A stretch of DNA of 64,000 bases from Nitrospirota bacterium. Lineage in GTDB: Bacteria > Nitrospirota > Thermodesulfovibrionia > Thermodesulfovibrionales > Dissulfurispiraceae. Location: positions 672 to 64,671 of the forward strand of contig JAFGXL010000027.1 of the NCBI GenBank assembly GCA_016936655.1, written 5' to 3'. The notes beneath the pieces are model-generated. The model did no database searches. It worked only from the letters and a program-made list of their open reading frames with translations, and was not told where the DNA came from. The first letter of the stretch is position 1. Each line of letters starts with the position of its first letter. Shown piece after piece: positions 63,584 through 64,000 of this stretch. Position numbers and translations under genes: made by a program.

Positions 63584-64000
63584 GAAAAGAGATATTATCA
63601 ATTATAGGGTCAGGCGTATCTCTTACGCGGCGAGCATTTATAAAAGTATCTGCCGCAGCAGGCGCAGTTCTGCTTTTCGGGGTTGAAAAGGCTAAGGCTG
63701 CTGTAAAGTGGCTTAATCCGAGAGCTGTGCAGAATGCTGCGCCAACACAGCTCGACAAGGGGTCAAAGACTGTATATTCAGTATGTCTTGCCTGCAACGC
63801 AAGATGCGGAATAAGATCTGTTGTAAATAACGGAAAGCTGGTCAAGAATTCCGGCAATCCTTACCATCCTTATAATGAGAGGTTTGAGCCCATACCTTAT
63901 AACACACCTGTGAAGGATACTCTCAAGATGAGTTCTGCTGTGTGTGGAAAGTCACAGGATGGCCCAAATTATGTGCATAACCCATACAGGGTAATTAAGC
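63580..64000 (+). CDS. molybdopterin oxidoreductase catalytic subunit, N-terminal part (continues beyond window); absent from the ORF track
   Basis: ATG 63580 lies 6 nt after AAGGAGG and overlaps the upstream stop (ATGA). The frame is open to the window end. Tat motif LTRRAFIKVSAAAG and FS0-type Cys motif CLACNARCG...VCGKSQ. Confidence 0.75.
   Translation, partial: MRKEILSIIGSGVSLTRRAFIKVSAAAGAVLLFGVEKAKAAVKWLNPRAVQNAAPTQLDKGSKTVYSVCLACNARCGIRSVVNNGKLVKNSGNPYHPYNERFEPIPYNTPVKDTLKMSSAVCGKSQDGPNYVHNPYRVIK

Overview
This is a 64-kb, densely coding chromosomal segment with about 60 protein genes, 5 tRNAs and 1 tmRNA. It comes from a diderm bacterium (KDO-8-P pathway, beta-barrel OMP, PilB/PilT) with an anaerobic flavour (hybrid-cluster protein, ADP-forming acetyl-CoA synthetase, Tat-exported FeS/Mo oxidoreductase). 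The taxon cannot be fixed from the sequence alone. Gene order: radical SAM (partial), comM, parDE, DUF2238, a giant cyclic beta-1,2-glucan synthase-type gene (8.7 kb, minus strand), an ion channel, infC, a Mn2+ (yybP-ykoY) riboswitch controlling a P-type ATPase, and an OMP. Next is a translationally coupled envelope operon (kdsA-x-kdsD-kdsC-pgsA-plsY-queC), an acetyl-CoA/acetate trio (ADP-forming ACS, DRTGG protein, CoA-transferase-GNAT fusion), pilB-pilT, and a cold-shock gene with a structured leader and a homopolymer frameshift. Then come tRNA-Pro/Arg/His, a YedE/TusA/DUF3343/YjeF_C-like sulfur or selenium trafficking cluster, DoxX, tRNA-Arg, ribBA, tRNA-Met, hcp, ybaN, and tetR with a MacAB-like efflux system. 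After that: tmRNA, DUF3617, a radical SAM gene paired with an unknown 192-aa gene, smpB, and a small accessory islet (orphan membrane protein, truncated GC-rich methyltransferase, BrnTA, transposase remnant). The window ends with hfq, guaBA, ispA-dxs, a DUF4212/SSS symporter module with a cNMP-CBS-DUF294 protein and a DnaQ-like exonuclease, and the start of a Tat-dependent FeS/Mo oxidoreductase. I saw no CRISPR array, rRNA, intact IS, integrase or prophage. The best candidates for undescribed biology are the radical-SAM/192-aa pair wedged between smpB and ssrA, the symporter-DUF294-exonuclease module, the CoA-transferase-GNAT trio and the extended YedE cluster; none can be proven from sequence alone. 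All family assignments come from motif recognition by eye and memory, not from database searches. Start codons were moved from the ORF track wherever a Shine-Dalgarno (SD) sequence or an alternative start was visible.
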